A DNA stretch of 64,000 bases, from NCBI GenBank assembly GCA_965116885.1, contig OZ220741.1, positions 5,493,750-5,557,749 on the forward strand, given 5' to 3'. The notes below the pieces were generated by a model that was not told the origin of the DNA, searched no databases, and saw nothing but the letters and a program-made list of their open reading frames with translations. Of the stretch, positions 1-11,185 are shown piece after piece; positions within the stretch are counted from its first letter, which is position 1, and each line of letters opens with the position of its first letter. Origin of the DNA: Candidatus Latescibacterota bacterium (GTDB lineage Bacteria; Latescibacterota; UBA2968). Made by a program: the position numbers and the translations under genes.

Positions 1-1173
1 CAAACACTGCACAATAAATTCGATATCCCGAATGCCACCCGATCGCAACTTCAAATGCGTTTCGCGCTGCCCCTTGCTTCCAATCTGATCTTCTATACGC
101 GCCTTAATGCGGTTGATCTCCGTTGCCGGACTGGTGTCAAAATAGCGCGGATAAACAAAGGGTTGTACCATCTTCAAAAATCGCTGCCCCAGAGCTTCAG
201 ATCCCGCACAACAACGAGCCTTGATCAGCATTTGCCGCTCCCACAACTCGCCCCGCCGCATATAGTAGCCCTCATATCCGGCAAGAGGCATCACGAGCGC
301 GCCAGCCGCGCCATCGGGGCGCAGGCGCATATCCATACGATACAAAAACCCCTCTGGCGTCACTTCTGTTGCCGCACGCACAATTTGCTCACACAATCGG
401 GAGAAAAACTCCTGATTGGTCACAGAACGTTCACCATCCGTATTGCCCTCGGCACTATAGACAAACATCAAATCGATATCCGAACTAAAATTGAGCTCCA
501 TACCGCCCAACTTACCCAGCCCAAAAATCGCAAAATCCACGGGCTGTCCCTCGCCATTTCGCGGCATGCCATAACGCGCTTGCAGGTCGGGCAACAAAAT
601 ATCAATCAGCTTTTGCAAACACACATCTGCCAAAACCGACAAATCAGCCGCAACATATTGAATAGCGCGCCCACCGGCCAGATCGCCCACGCCAATACGC
701 AACAACTCGCGTCGCGAACTTCGCCGAATAGCATTGAGCTTGTCATCGCGCGTATCCACAGCCTCGACAGCCCCACCAAAAGACGCCAGCAATTGCTCTT
801 TATCACACGATTGCTCGAAGTGATCGGAGGCATCTGACAACCAGTCAAAAATATCGGGGTCGCGCACCAGCATATCAGCCATAAAAGGGCTACCGCCCAA
901 AACGCACAACAACATGCGACACAACTCGGGATGCGCTTTGAGCGTGTGCAAAAACGATGCGCGATCAGCCTGCACAATGCGCAAAAAATTATTCAGCGCC
1001 ATATCGGGGTCGGGCGCATCAATTAACGCCTGAAAAAAATCATCGGGAAGTTGGCCCCCAGCCTCTGAGCCAGCTAATTCTTCGAGATTGTGCAACGCGC
1101 GTTCAACATCCCGAAATCCCGCCTGTACAAGCGCGCCTTTCGCGTCAGATGTGTTAAAATCAAAAAAATTCAT
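1..1173 (-). CDS. glnE: Glutamine synthetase adenylyltransferase GlnE, N-terminal part; runs off the window start
   Basis: Not in the ORF track (no stop inside the window). Manual minus-strand reading from ATG 1173 gives LGKLGGMELNFSSDIDLMFVY and GGIRDIEFIVQCL, both GlnE motifs; lies next to glnB. Confidence 0.9.
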   Translation of the reverse strand, partial: MNFFDFNTSDAKGALVQAGFRDVERALHNLEELAGSEAGGQLPDDFFQALIDAPDPDMALNNFLRIVQADRASFLHTLKAHPELCRMLLCVLGGSPFMADMLVRDPDIFDWLSDASDHFEQSCDKEQLLASFGGAVEAVDTRDDKLNAIRRSSRRELLRIGVGDLAGGRAIQYVAADLSVLADVCLQKLIDILLPDLQARYGMPRNGEGQPVDFAIFGLGKLGGMELNFSSDIDLMFVYSAEGNTDGERSVTNQEFFSRLCEQIVRAATEVTPEGFLYRMDMRLRPDGAAGALVMPLAGYEGYYMRRGELWERQMLIKARCCAGSEALGQRFLKMVQPFVYPRYFDTSPATEINRIKARIEDQIGSKGQRETHLKLRSGGIRDIEFIVQCL

Positions 1174-1253
1174 GTTGGATATCCAATACGACGGGCGAAA
1201 GATCTTTCGCCCCTACAATCATCTGCGTTCATCTGCGTCATCTGCGGATCACT

Positions 1254-2040
<787 letters not shown>

Positions 2041-2047
2041 GCGAACT

Positions 2048-2617
2048 ATGACTATTCGGGCCATCATCTTCGACATGGACGGTACACTCACAGAATCTTA
2101 TATCAACTGGCCAGATCTGCGTTCAAAAATCAATTGTCCGCCCGAAAAAACCATCATCGAACACATCGACAACTTACCCACAAAACAACGCAAACAGGCC
2201 ACTGATATCCTTCTCCAAAAAGAATGGGAAGCAGCACAGCACGCCGCCATTCGCGCTGGCGCAGCAGAACTCATTGACGCACTGCGAGCGCGCAAGTACA
2301 AACTCGGCCTGGTCACCAACAACCACGGCGGCGCCATGCACTGCGTAATCAACCGACTCAATCGCGCCTTTGACATCGCCCTCAGCCGAGACGACGGTCC
2401 CATAAAACCCAGCCCCTACCTCATCCACAAAACGCTCCAGGCCCTCGACACTTCCCCAAACGAAGCCATAAGCATCGGCGATAGCCGTTACGATCTCATG
2501 GCCTCTGCCGCCGCCCACGTGCGCTGTATTCACTTCACCGATGGCGCATCCGACCTCACGCACGATCTCCAGGTCGCGTCACTACCTGCGATCATACCGC
2601 TCCTGGACCGGCTTTAG
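2048..2617 (+). CDS. HAD-superfamily hydrolase/phosphatase
   Basis: IIFDMDGTL motif I, VTNN, KPSP and IGDSRYD motifs; start set at ATG 2048. Confidence 0.9.
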   Translation: MTIRAIIFDMDGTLTESYINWPDLRSKINCPPEKTIIEHIDNLPTKQRKQATDILLQKEWEAAQHAAIRAGAAELIDALRARKYKLGLVTNNHGGAMHCVINRLNRAFDIALSRDDGPIKPSPYLIHKTLQALDTSPNEAISIGDSRYDLMASAAAHVRCIHFTDGASDLTHDLQVASLPAIIPLLDRL

Positions 2618-3788
2618 CAGAAACTAACTTTTCTGCACACATTCGGATACGCGCCAACGCCTTTTCGATATTTTCCACAGAATTCGCGTAAGAAAACCGC
2701 AAATATCCCTCGCCGTATTCCCCAAAGTCCGACCCTGCCAGACACGCTACGTGTCCCTCATTCAAAATCACATCCGCAACTTCTGCAGACGACTTGCCCA
2801 ATCCTTTGATATTTGGAAACGCGTAAAAAGCCCCCTCGGGCATCGGACATGTAATCCCCTCAATCTCATTCAACCCCTCTACAATAAGCGCACGCCGTTT
2901 GCGAAACGCAGCCATCATATCTCCAACCGCATCCTGCGGACCCTTCAACGCAGCCACAGCCGCCATTTGCGTAAACGCAGCCGTACACGAATTGCTATTG
3001 ACCATCAGCCGGTCAAAATGCGGCACGAGATCCATCGGCATTACCCCATAACCAATGCGCCAACCCGTCATCGCATACGTCTTGGAAAACCCATCGAGAA
3101 TAATCAACAAATCGGCAATCCCCTCACACGCCGAAATACTGTGAAACGCATCGCCATAGACCATCCGGGAATAAATCTCATCGGACAACACGGGAATCTG
3201 GTGCTCGACCGCCACCTCGGCAATCGCCTGCAAATCGCCTTCGGGAATTATGCCTCCCGTGGGATTTTGCGGTGAATTTAGAATAATCAGCTTTGTGCGT
3301 TCCGTCACCAGATCGCGCAACTGATCCGCATTCAGGCTAAACCCGCGATCCTCCGTCAAAGGCACAGGCACGGGTTGCGCACCCGCAAAGCGAATCACCG
3401 ACTCGTAAATCGGAAAACCCGGATTCGGATAAATCACCTCATCATCCTGCTCTGCCAATGCGAGAATAGAATAAAACATAATTGGCTTGGCACCGGGTGT
3501 CACCACCACCTGATCGGGGTGCACGTCAATCTGCCGCGTTGTCGAAATCTCTTCGGCTATTGCTTCCCGTAACTCGGGCAATCCCACGGGCGGACCGTAA
3601 TGCGTAAATCCATCGGACAGCGCTCTTTGCCCCGCCTCGACAATATGCGCGGGCGTATCAAAATCCGGCTCGCCAATCTCCAGATGCACCACATCGTGCC
3701 CCATCGCCTCCAGCGCGCGCGCCTTTACCAGCACCTCAAAAGCCGATTCCGTACCCAACAGCGACATGCGATTTGCAATATTCATCAT
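2592..3788 (-). CDS. PLP-dependent class I/II aminotransferase (aspartate aminotransferase-like)
   Basis: GEPDF, NSPQNPTG, SDEIY and GFSKTYAMTGWRIG motifs. Confidence 0.92.
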   Translation of the reverse strand: MMNIANRMSLLGTESAFEVLVKARALEAMGHDVVHLEIGEPDFDTPAHIVEAGQRALSDGFTHYGPPVGLPELREAIAEEISTTRQIDVHPDQVVVTPGAKPIMFYSILALAEQDDEVIYPNPGFPIYESVIRFAGAQPVPVPLTEDRGFSLNADQLRDLVTERTKLIILNSPQNPTGGIIPEGDLQAIAEVAVEHQIPVLSDEIYSRMVYGDAFHSISACEGIADLLIILDGFSKTYAMTGWRIGYGVMPMDLVPHFDRLMVNSNSCTAAFTQMAAVAALKGPQDAVGDMMAAFRKRRALIVEGLNEIEGITCPMPEGAFYAFPNIKGLGKSSAEVADVILNEGHVACLAGSDFGEYGEGYLRFSYANSVENIEKALARIRMCAEKLVSAKAGPGAV

Positions 3789-3801
3789 CTCACCTCACGC
3801 C

Positions 3802-4365
3802 TTACTTGATAACAATTGCGTGTGCAACTTCGGGACCGTGAACCCCCAGCGTCAACCGCATCTCAATATCTGCGGTTCGGCTCGGTCCAGAAATAAAAGT
3901 CGCCGTTGCATTTTCGGGATGATCCAGATAAAACTGGCGCAACGGCTCAGCCGCATCCCTCAAATTTGCCAGCAGTGTACTCGCCCTAAAAATACCGATA
4001 TGTACGCGGGGCAATGTCGAAACAAGACGCACGGCATCATCCAGAGCAAACTCGACGAGACTACCCGACTCAGCCACCGCAAAAACCGCCCAGGACACCC
4101 CCGCCTCGGCAGCATCAATCGCGTGGGGCAATTCGGAACTGTCAAAAGGCGGCACGCGCACATCAATCCCCGCATCCACACACGCGCGTTCAACAGCATC
4201 GTCTAACCCATCGGGCAACTCGGCAAACACAACCCGCTCACACCCCACCTTCCTGAGCACACTCACCACAATGGGCGCAACCGCATCAGCATCCTCAGCC
4301 ACATGCGCGACACCGGATAAAGACGCGTACTTTTTCACAAAAGCATCGATCAATTCATCACTCAT
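3802..4365 (-). CDS. LUD domain protein (LutC/YkgG family)
   Basis: AVAESGSL..., FISGPSRTADIEMRLTLGVHGP C-terminal motif. Confidence 0.88.
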   Translation of the reverse strand: MSDELIDAFVKKYASLSGVAHVAEDADAVAPIVVSVLRKVGCERVVFAELPDGLDDAVERACVDAGIDVRVPPFDSSELPHAIDAAEAGVSWAVFAVAESGSLVEFALDDAVRLVSTLPRVHIGIFRASTLLANLRDAAEPLRQFYLDHPENATATFISGPSRTADIEMRLTLGVHGPEVAHAIVIK

Positions 4366-4634
4366 AATCCACCTGATCAATTGAGAATTAAAAATTAAAA
4401 ATTAAAAATTATCCCCGCCCCCCAATTCGCGTTTTAATTTTCATTCAGGGGACATTCATTGCAACGCTTTAATTTGCCATCGAAGTATCAAAGAACATTC
4501 AAATTAATGTGAAATACCTTTCCACGCAAGTACACATACAGAGTACACCACTACTTTACCCTTTACCCTTTGAACTCTCCACTTTATCTTTACTCCATTC
4601 CGCACTTACTATCCATTGTTCACTGGAAACTACC

Positions 4635-5633
4635 ATGCACTCTCCAATACGCATCGCACAAATCGGCCTCGGGCCACTCGGCCAGATGCTCACCCCTTAT
4701 CTGGCAAAACGATCGGGCATTGAAATCGTCAGCGCCGTTGACATTGACCCATCCAAAACAAATCGCGACCTGGGCGACGTGAGCCAATGCGACCAACCCC
4801 TCGGCATAGCCATCACCGACGATCTCGACAGGGGCTTGGCCGACGCAGACCTCGCCGTAGTGACAACCGTATCAGAACTCCAACGCATCGCCCCCACATT
4901 AAAAGCAATTATCGACCGGGGCGTCAACATCGTCTCAACCTGCGAAGAACTGTCTTATCCCTGGACAACACACCCCGAATTATCCGCAACCATCGACACC
5001 TGGGCAAAAGAACGCGACGTCTCAGTCCTCGGAACCGGCATCAACCCCGGCTTCCTCATGGACTTCTTGCCCACAGCGGCCACGGGCGTGTGTCACACCG
5101 TGCAATCCATACGCATAGAACGCATCCAGGACGCCTCTGCGCGCCGCCTCCCCTTTCAGCAAAAAATAGGAGCGGGACTCACCGTTGAAGAATTTCAAAA
5201 CCTCGTCGCCCAACAAAAAATCCGACACGTCGGCCTCACCGAATCCATGCACATGATCGCGGCGCGATTGGGATGGCAACTCGACCACACCGAAGACATC
5301 GTAGAACCCGTCCTCGCAAAACCGGGACATTGTGCAGGCGTACTACAAACGGGACGGGGATACCATAACGGACGGGAAGTCCTCACCCTCATCTTCAAAG
5401 CAGCCGTCGGACAACTGATACACAACGGCGACTCAATCGAATCTCAGGAGCGCATCCAGATCAAGGGCACGCCCGCTTACGACCTCATCATACCCGGCGG
5501 CATCAACGGCGACATCGCCACCTGTGCGGTCATCGCCAATGCCATCCCAATAGTCGCATCTGCCGCCCCCGGACTGCGCACCATGATCGACATCCCCCCG
5601 CTCTCCTGTGCCCAGGAAATCCCCGAGGGATAA
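4635..5633 (+). CDS. NAD(P)-dependent oxidoreductase, dihydrodipicolinate reductase-like / 2,4-diaminopentanoate dehydrogenase family
   Basis: GLGPLG Rossmann motif, STCEEL, GTGINPGFLMD, GGINGDIAT; start set at ATG 4635. Confidence 0.75.
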   Translation: MHSPIRIAQIGLGPLGQMLTPYLAKRSGIEIVSAVDIDPSKTNRDLGDVSQCDQPLGIAITDDLDRGLADADLAVVTTVSELQRIAPTLKAIIDRGVNIVSTCEELSYPWTTHPELSATIDTWAKERDVSVLGTGINPGFLMDFLPTAATGVCHTVQSIRIERIQDASARRLPFQQKIGAGLTVEEFQNLVAQQKIRHVGLTESMHMIAARLGWQLDHTEDIVEPVLAKPGHCAGVLQTGRGYHNGREVLTLIFKAAVGQLIHNGDSIESQERIQIKGTPAYDLIIPGGINGDIATCAVIANAIPIVASAAPGLRTMIDIPPLSCAQEIPEG

Positions 5634-7514
5634 ATGCCACCTCTTCTAAGCGATTTCGACCTGCACCTGCACAGCGAAGGCAATCACCACCACATCTACG
5701 ATTGCCTCGGCGCACACCCCACAGAAAAAGGCGTACATTTTGCCGTGTGGGCGCCCAATGCTCAGCGCGTAAGCGTGGTTGGCGACTTCAACGCCTGGAA
5801 TAGATGCCAGCACCCCATGCAAAACAGAGGCAGCACAGGTGTATGGGAACTATTTATCCCCCACCTGACGCCCGGCACCCTCTACAAATACGAAATCAAA
5901 ACCCAAAACGGCGATATCTTCACCAAAAGCGACCCCTATGCCTTCTGTATGGAACACCGCCCGCGCACAGCCTCTGTCGTGTACCAGCCCAACGACGCCC
6001 TGTGGTCCGATGCCGAATGGCTGCAAACCCGCCAGCAAAGAGACCCATACACAGACCCAATCGCCATATACGAAGTACACCCCGGCTCATGGCGGCGCAA
6101 CCCACAAGAAAACAACCGACCACTCACCTATCGCGAACTCGCGCATGAACTCGTCGAATACGTCCTCGAAATGGGCTACACCCACATCGAACTCCTCCCC
6201 ATCATGGAACACCCCTTAGACGAATCCTGGGGATATCAGGTCACGGGCTATTACGCGCCAACCAGCCGTTTTGGCACGCCAGACGATTTCAAATACCTCG
6301 TCAACCATTGCCACACCCACGGCATAGGCGTCATCCTCGATTGGGTACCCGCACACTTCCCAACAGACGCACATGGGCTCGCACAATTTGACGGATCTGC
6401 CCTGTACGAACACGCCGACCCCCGGCAGGGCACACACCCCGATTGGGGCACCTTAATTTTCAATTACGGACGCAATGAAGTGCGCAACTTTCTCATCGCC
6501 AATGCCCTCTTCTGGATCGAAAAATATCACATCGACGGATTGCGCGTCGATGCCGTTGCCTCCATGCTCTACCTCGACTATTCCCGCAAAGAAGGCGAAT
6601 GGATCCCCAACCAATATGGCGGCAGGGAAAATTTAGACGCCATCGCCTTTATGCACCAGCTCAACACCTTGATCCACGAAAAGTTCCCGGGCGTCTTGAT
6701 GATCGCCGAAGAATCCACCTCCTGGCCCGGCGTCTCTCGCCCCGTCTATCTGGGCGGCCTCGGCTTTGGATTCAAATGGAACATGGGCTGGATGAACGAC
6801 ACCCTATCCTACATCTCCAAAGAACCGATCCACCGCAAATACCACCACGACAACCTCACCTTTGGCCTCGTCTATGCCTTCCACGAAAACTTCATCCTCG
6901 TACTCTCCCACGACGAAGTCGTTCACGGCAAACGCGCCCTCATCGACAAAATGCCCGGCGACCGCTGGCAAAAATTCGCCAATCTGCGCGCCTTTTACGC
7001 CTTTCAATACGCCCATCCCGGCAAAAAGTTGCTCTTTATGGGCGGCGAACTCGGCCAGTGGCAAGAGTGGAACTCACAGGAAAGCGTACACTGGCACCTG
7101 CTCGAAGACCCCGACCACGCGGGCCTGAAACGCTTTGTAAGAGACCTCAACACCCTCTACCGGGGAGAACCGGCACTCTACGAACGGGATTTTGAACCCG
7201 AAGGCTTTGAATGGATCTCGCTCCACGACGCCTCCAACAGCGTCCTATCCTTCCTGCGCCGCGCGCGATCACACAATGCCCCTTTAATTTTTGCCTGCAA
7301 CTTTACCCCCGTCCCAAGAGAAAACTACCGCATTGGCGTACCCACCCCGGGCACCTACCGCGAACTCATCAACAGCGACGCCGAACGCTATGGCGGCAGC
7401 AACATGGGCAACCTCGGCACCGTCCACACCGAACCCATCGCAAGTCACGGACATCCACAATCCCTGCAAATCACCCTCCCCCCACTCGCCGCTGTCATGT
7501 TCAAACCCGAGTAA
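5634..7514 (+). CDS. glgB: 1,4-alpha-glucan branching enzyme (GH13)
   Basis: [42 protein letters not shown] and [10 protein letters not shown] motifs. Confidence 0.96.
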   Translation: MPPLLSDFDLHLHSEGNHHHIYDCLGAHPTEKGVHFAVWAPNAQRVSVVGDFNAWNRCQHPMQNRGSTGVWELFIPHLTPGTLYKYEIKTQNGDIFTKSDPYAFCMEHRPRTASVVYQPNDALWSDAEWLQTRQQRDPYTDPIAIYEVHPGSWRRNPQENNRPLTYRELAHELVEYVLEMGYTHIELLPIMEHPLDESWGYQVTGYYAPTSRFGTPDDFKYLVNHCHTHGIGVILDWVPAHFPTDAHGLAQFDGSALYEHADPRQGTHPDWGTLIFNYGRNEVRNFLIANALFWIEKYHIDGLRVDAVASMLYLDYSRKEGEWIPNQYGGRENLDAIAFMHQLNTLIHEKFPGVLMIAEESTSWPGVSRPVYLGGLGFGFKWNMGWMNDTLSYISKEPIHRKYHHDNLTFGLVYAFHENFILVLSHDEVVHGKRALIDKMPGDRWQKFANLRAFYAFQYAHPGKKLLFMGGELGQWQEWNSQESVHWHLLEDPDHAGLKRFVRDLNTLYRGEPALYERDFEPEGFEWISLHDASNSVLSFLRRARSHNAPLIFACNFTPVPRENYRIGVPTPGTYRELINSDAERYGGSNMGNLGTVHTEPIASHGHPQSLQITLPPLAAVMFKPE

Positions 7515-7551
7515 AATGCAAAAACTGGGTATCAAGCGTCCCTGATTACCG

Positions 7552-7581
7552 TCCGTATATGGATTATAGTCCATATACGGA
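7552..7581. promoter_or_regulatory. Candidate enhancer/UAS, 12-bp inverted repeat
   Basis: TCCGTATATGGA-N6-TCCATATACGGA about 180 bp upstream of a sigma54 promoter; a further CCATATACGG core at 7641-7650. Confidence 0.55.
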
Positions 7582-7620
7582 TGTTTATATATAACTATTT
7601 ATTAATCAATAACATAAGAG

Positions 7621-7683
7621 CCAGTCTGAATTTTTTTGAACCATATACGGTTCAAAGGACATAAAATTCGGGCTGGTTTTTTT
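7621..7683 (+). terminator. Long hairpin followed by a U-tract (intrinsic terminator candidate)
   Basis: CCAGTCTGAATTTT pairs with AAAATTCGGGCTGG (two G-U pairs), inner stem TTTGAACC/GGTTCAAA, then 7 T. Confidence 0.55.
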
Positions 7684-7752
7684 GTTGGCATATAAATTTT
7701 ATCTCAAATAAAAATAATATCTTATGAGTATTTATTTGGATTCTGTTCACGT

Positions 7753-7768
7753 TGGCACGCTTTTTGCA
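7753..7768 (+). promoter_or_regulatory. Sigma54 (-24/-12) promoter, copy 1
   Basis: TGGCACGCTTTTTGCA matches TGGCAC-N5-TTGCA exactly. Confidence 0.85.
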
Positions 7769-7785
7769 TTATATCCAAACATTTA

Positions 7786-8223
7786 ATGCCATACATACGT
7801 GAGGTGGCGGACAGTGCTGAAGATGAGATTTATGCCTACGGCGGCCTGGGCACCACCAGTGAGCAGGACATCCAGGACTTTTCAATGAAAATCAGAGGCT
7901 CGACGGGAACCCTGAAAATTTGCGTACGTGACCACGAATGCGAAGATGGCGATAGGATCAGGGTTGAGGTCAATGGCAGGAGCATATTTTCCGGAGAAAT
8001 TGACAACGACTGGGACTGCTACACGCTGGATGTGTGGTCAGGAGAGAGCTATGCAGTGGAATTGACAGCCCTCAACGGCACGGGATACAAGGGAGACTGT
8101 AGCTACCGAGACGAAAACACGGGTGAGATCCGCGTTACTGGGGAGAACACAGAGACGCAGGTATGGCGTCATCGTGGAGGAGCCGGATCGAAAGCGCGGA
8201 TCATCGTGGAAACAGCGAGGTGA
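7786..8223 (+). pseudogene. 5'-deleted paralog of the 18920-20056 repeat protein; only the end of the last repeat and the Cys-containing C-terminal domain remain
   Basis: IYAYGGLGTTS...ARIIVETAR is nearly identical to the C-terminus of 18920-20056; the ATG comes from the promoter-adjacent AATGCCATA; signal peptide and repeats are missing. Confidence 0.75.
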
Positions 8224-8265
8224 GATCCAAATGTCGTTCAAAATATTAATGAAAGGAGAGCCAAG

Positions 8266-9081
8266 ATGTATCGTCACTGTATTTGTGCAGGTGTATTAAT
8301 TCTTCTGAGCCTTCCCCTATGGTCACAACAGAACACCGGGGATAGTGTGCCTTCACCTGGGGAGACATTTCAAGACTGTGCTGAATGTCCAAAGATGGTT
8401 GTTGTGCCATCGGGAAGGTTCACGATGGGGTCACCCAAGCGTGAGGGGGGTGATGATGATGAAAAACCGATGCGCAGGGTGCGTATAGATTACCGGTTTG
8501 CGGTGGGTGTATATGAGGTGACCTTTGACGAATGGTATGCCTGTGCGGATGCAGGAGGTTGTGGAAGCTATGTGCCGGATGATGAGGGCTGGGGCCGCGG
8601 GAATCGTCCGGTGGTGAATGTGAGTTGGAAAGATGCCCAGTCTTATTTGCGTTGGCTGTCTGCCCGGACGGGTAAAACGTATCGTTTATTGAGTGAAGCG
8701 GAATGGGAGTATGTGGCACGCGCAGGCACAGAGACAGCGTATAGCTGGGGTGACAGCGTAGGTGTCAACCGCGCCAATTGCGATGGTTGCGGCAGTCAGT
8801 GGGATGATAAGATGACAGCACCAGTGGGATCTTTCGCGGCCAATGCTTGGGGCGTGTACGATATGCACGGGAATGTAGGGGAATGGGGGCAGGATCATTG
8901 GAATGAGAATTACAGGGGCGCACCTTTAGACGGTTCTGCGAGGGAGCCTGAGGATACCCTTTATCGCGTATTACGTGGTGGTTCGTGGCTCGACAGACCG
9001 GGGGACTTGCGTTCGGCGAATCGCGACAAGGGCTTCATCCGGTCCTCCCGCCGCGGTTTTCGAGTTGCCCGGTCTTTTTAA
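8266..9081 (+). CDS. Secreted FGE-sulfatase/SUMF1-like (CLec-fold) protein A
   Basis: Signal-like N-terminus; CPKMVVVPSG.F.MGS, YEVTF.EW, PVVNVSW.DA, YRLLSEAEWEY, N.WG.YDMHGNV.EW, RGGSW...GFRVAR. Confidence 0.9.
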   Translation: MYRHCICAGVLILLSLPLWSQQNTGDSVPSPGETFQDCAECPKMVVVPSGRFTMGSPKREGGDDDEKPMRRVRIDYRFAVGVYEVTFDEWYACADAGGCGSYVPDDEGWGRGNRPVVNVSWKDAQSYLRWLSARTGKTYRLLSEAEWEYVARAGTETAYSWGDSVGVNRANCDGCGSQWDDKMTAPVGSFAANAWGVYDMHGNVGEWGQDHWNENYRGAPLDGSAREPEDTLYRVLRGGSWLDRPGDLRSANRDKGFIRSSRRGFRVARSF

Positions 9082-9124
9082 CTCGTGATTCTTTACAGAA
9101 ACATCAACGAAAGGAAGGTGCGTC

Positions 9125-9964
9125 ATACAGAGCATAATCAAAGGCATTCTTTTTACAGTCTTATTGGGACTTTTCGCGGTTGCATCTGCCCAACTGCCGC
9201 ACACCGGGGATAGTGCGCCTTCACCTGGAGAAACTTTTCAAGATTGTGCTGAATGTCCAAAGATGGTGGTGATACCATCGGGATCGTTCAGGATGGGATC
9301 ACCCGCGCGTGAGAGGGGTGATGCTAATGAAAGGCCGTTGCATAGGGTACGTATAGATTACCGGTTTGCGGTGGGGGTATATGAGGTAACATTTGACGAA
9401 TGGTATGCTTGTCTGGATGCAGGAGGTTGTGGAAACTATCTTCCGGATATTCCAGATAATAGCTGGGACCGCGAGAATCGTCCTGTGATCAATGTGAGTT
9501 GGGACGATGCACAGTCTTATGTTAGTTGGTTGTCAGACCGGACGGGTAAAACGTATCGTTTATTGAGTGAATCGGAATGGGAGTATGTGGCGCGTGCTGG
9601 TTCAACGACGAAGTATAGCTGGGGAGACAGCATCGGTGTCAACCGTGTCAATTGTGTCGCTTGCGGCGATCAGTGGGGTAGTAAGACAGCGCCAGCGGGA
9701 TCGTTCGCGGCCAATGCTTGGGGCGTTCACGATATGCACGGGAATGTAATGGAATGGGTACAGGACTGTAGGAACGACAGTTATGAAGGTGCGCCTACTG
9801 ATGGAAGTGCCTGGCTATCTGGAGACTGCGACAGGCGCATGTTTCGTGGTGGTTCGTGGTGCCTCGCTCCGAGTTACTTGCGCTCTGCAGAACGCTACGG
9901 GATCTCCACCGATGATCGGGAATTCGTCTGCGGACTCGGTTTTCGAGTTGCCCGGTCTTTTTAG
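9125..9964 (+). CDS. Secreted FGE-sulfatase/CLec-fold protein B; start codon appears to be ATA
   Basis: Same motifs as A. In-frame ATA at 9125 follows AAGGAAGG and aligns with Met1 of paralog D (21305). Confidence 0.8.
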   Translation: MQSIIKGILFTVLLGLFAVASAQLPHTGDSAPSPGETFQDCAECPKMVVIPSGSFRMGSPARERGDANERPLHRVRIDYRFAVGVYEVTFDEWYACLDAGGCGNYLPDIPDNSWDRENRPVINVSWDDAQSYVSWLSDRTGKTYRLLSESEWEYVARAGSTTKYSWGDSIGVNRVNCVACGDQWGSKTAPAGSFAANAWGVHDMHGNVMEWVQDCRNDSYEGAPTDGSAWLSGDCDRRMFRGGSWCLAPSYLRSAERYGISTDDREFVCGLGFRVARSF

Positions 9965-10219
9965 CTCCTCTCATCTAACAGATGCCCAAATGCTTCAAGA
10001 CTGGACACCTGAATCGCCGCTCGGTGCAACTGCTTGAGGCGTTGCAGATCGTCGATAGCGGCAATGCGAGCAGATATGGGGTGTGACTCAGACATATCAA
10101 ATCTCTAACACTTCGAGGATATCTTCAAGCGTGCTTTTTCTTTCCCCTTGCTCAAAACTTTCCTCTCTGCTTTGTTGGGTAAGGTGTTGAAAAAGAGATG
10201 ATTCGCGAATGAGATCCAT
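9961..10219 (-). pseudogene. Small protein resembling the C-terminal tail of Rpn/YhgA-like proteins, frameshifted
   Basis: MDLIRESSLFQHLTQQSREESFEQGERKSTLEDILEVLEI* then, in another frame, FDMSESHPISARIAAIDDLQRLKQLHRAAIQVSSLEAFGHLLDERS*; 5-nt deletion relative to the paralog near 22560. Confidence 0.65.
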
Positions 10220-10248
10220 GTGGGCTTCTCTTTGTAAAGTTTTTATAC

Positions 10249-10470
10249 TCACTGACCGTTTGTTGTATTCCCATTTTGATCTTCTAAGGCAGTGCGTATG
10301 GCTTCTATGTCAATATCCGGATGCATTTTTTTAACGATAGCAATGGTTTCCTCATGTCCTTTTCTTTGCCCATCCTGGAAGCGTTTTTCAAGATACCTTT
10401 CAGTCTCAGCACGGATTTTTTGAACTGGGACGATCATGAGATTTACCCCCTCTATAATGAAGAATGCTAA
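10249..10470 (-). pseudogene. 3' remnant of a membrane protein gene paralogous to 22424-22954
   Basis: 10370-10470 is nearly identical to 22646-22744 (LAFFIIEGVNLMIVPVQKIRAETERYLEKRFQDG); N-terminal TM part is deleted. Confidence 0.7.
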
Positions 10471-10481
10471 TATGCCCTTAA

Positions 10482-10611
10482 ATATGCTGTATTGCGCAGT
10501 TGTTCACAACTTGAATTTGTGGATTGCCTGTTAAAGCGGAGATGGAGCAGAACAGATGTTGGTGTATATTTTGAGCGACGAATGAGAGGTATGGTGAAAG
10601 ATATGTACTTC
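10482..10611 (+). repeat. Diverged copy of 23187-23324, marking the right end of the duplicated module
   Basis: Shared TATGCTGTATTG.GCAGTTGTTCACAA...GTGTATATTTTGAGC...GGTATGGTGAAAGA.ATGTACTTCT. Confidence 0.8.
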
Positions 10612-10669
10612 TGTATTATACACTAAAGCGGGGTAATTCCAATGGCCGAGTACCAGGTGGGAAAAGATC

Positions 10670-11185
10670 CTACAACCGCCGAGATAGTCGCCTTATGCGC
10701 TGGCGCGTTTCATGAGAAGGTAGGAACACCAGTTCATCTTCAAGAAAAAGCTGTAACGCATTATACAGAACCTCAACCGGCACGACCCCCTGGGTTTCCA
10801 TCTCGTCTGTGGTCCAGAGTACGCCATGGACCTCAATTCCTTTCTCCTCTGCTATTCTCCGCAAGAGACCATCACCCGTCAACAGGATGCAGTCCTCGAT
10901 TTGTTCAGCCAGTACCAGCGCAAAGCAATCATTGAGCGCGAGCCTGGCATATTGATTGAAATACCGGGCGGCGTGCTGTACGAGGGGTCCCGGCAATGTG
11001 TGTACTTCAAGTCCCAGATCGAGCAAGGCTCTTTTTTCGTCCGCGCTCAAACCCAGCCATTCATTCTCGAAAAGAGTATCGGGCATTACAAATGAATAGG
11101 GGAGTTGCAACATCGCTTCGAGAAGACCGCCCTTCCTCAGATCGATCATACAACTCGTATCGCTAACTACTGTCTGCATTGCCAC
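10670..11185 (-). CDS. PIN-domain protein (putative ribonuclease toxin)
   Basis: VVSDTSCMIDL, LNDCFALVLA, LLTGDGLLR acidic PIN pattern; overlaps the upstream XRE-ImmA gene. Confidence 0.8.
   Translation of the reverse strand: MAMQTVVSDTSCMIDLRKGGLLEAMLQLPYSFVMPDTLFENEWLGLSADEKRALLDLGLEVHTLPGPLVQHAARYFNQYARLALNDCFALVLAEQIEDCILLTGDGLLRRIAEEKGIEVHGVLWTTDEMETQGVVPVEVLYNALQLFLEDELVFLPSHETRQRIRRLSRRL

Larger units (their letters stand above)
7513..7793 (+). repeat. ~280 bp near-identical copy of 18397-18678 (last 10 codons of the activator gene, enhancer-like region, hairpin and sigma54 promoter)
   Basis: Direct comparison; encodes [10 protein letters not shown] versus KMRKLGIKRP* at the end of the 15250-18429 gene. 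Confidence 0.95.

Noticed and set aside
55..837. 260-aa plus-strand ORF
   Set aside because: Antisense shadow of glnE, which has clear motifs on the minus strand.
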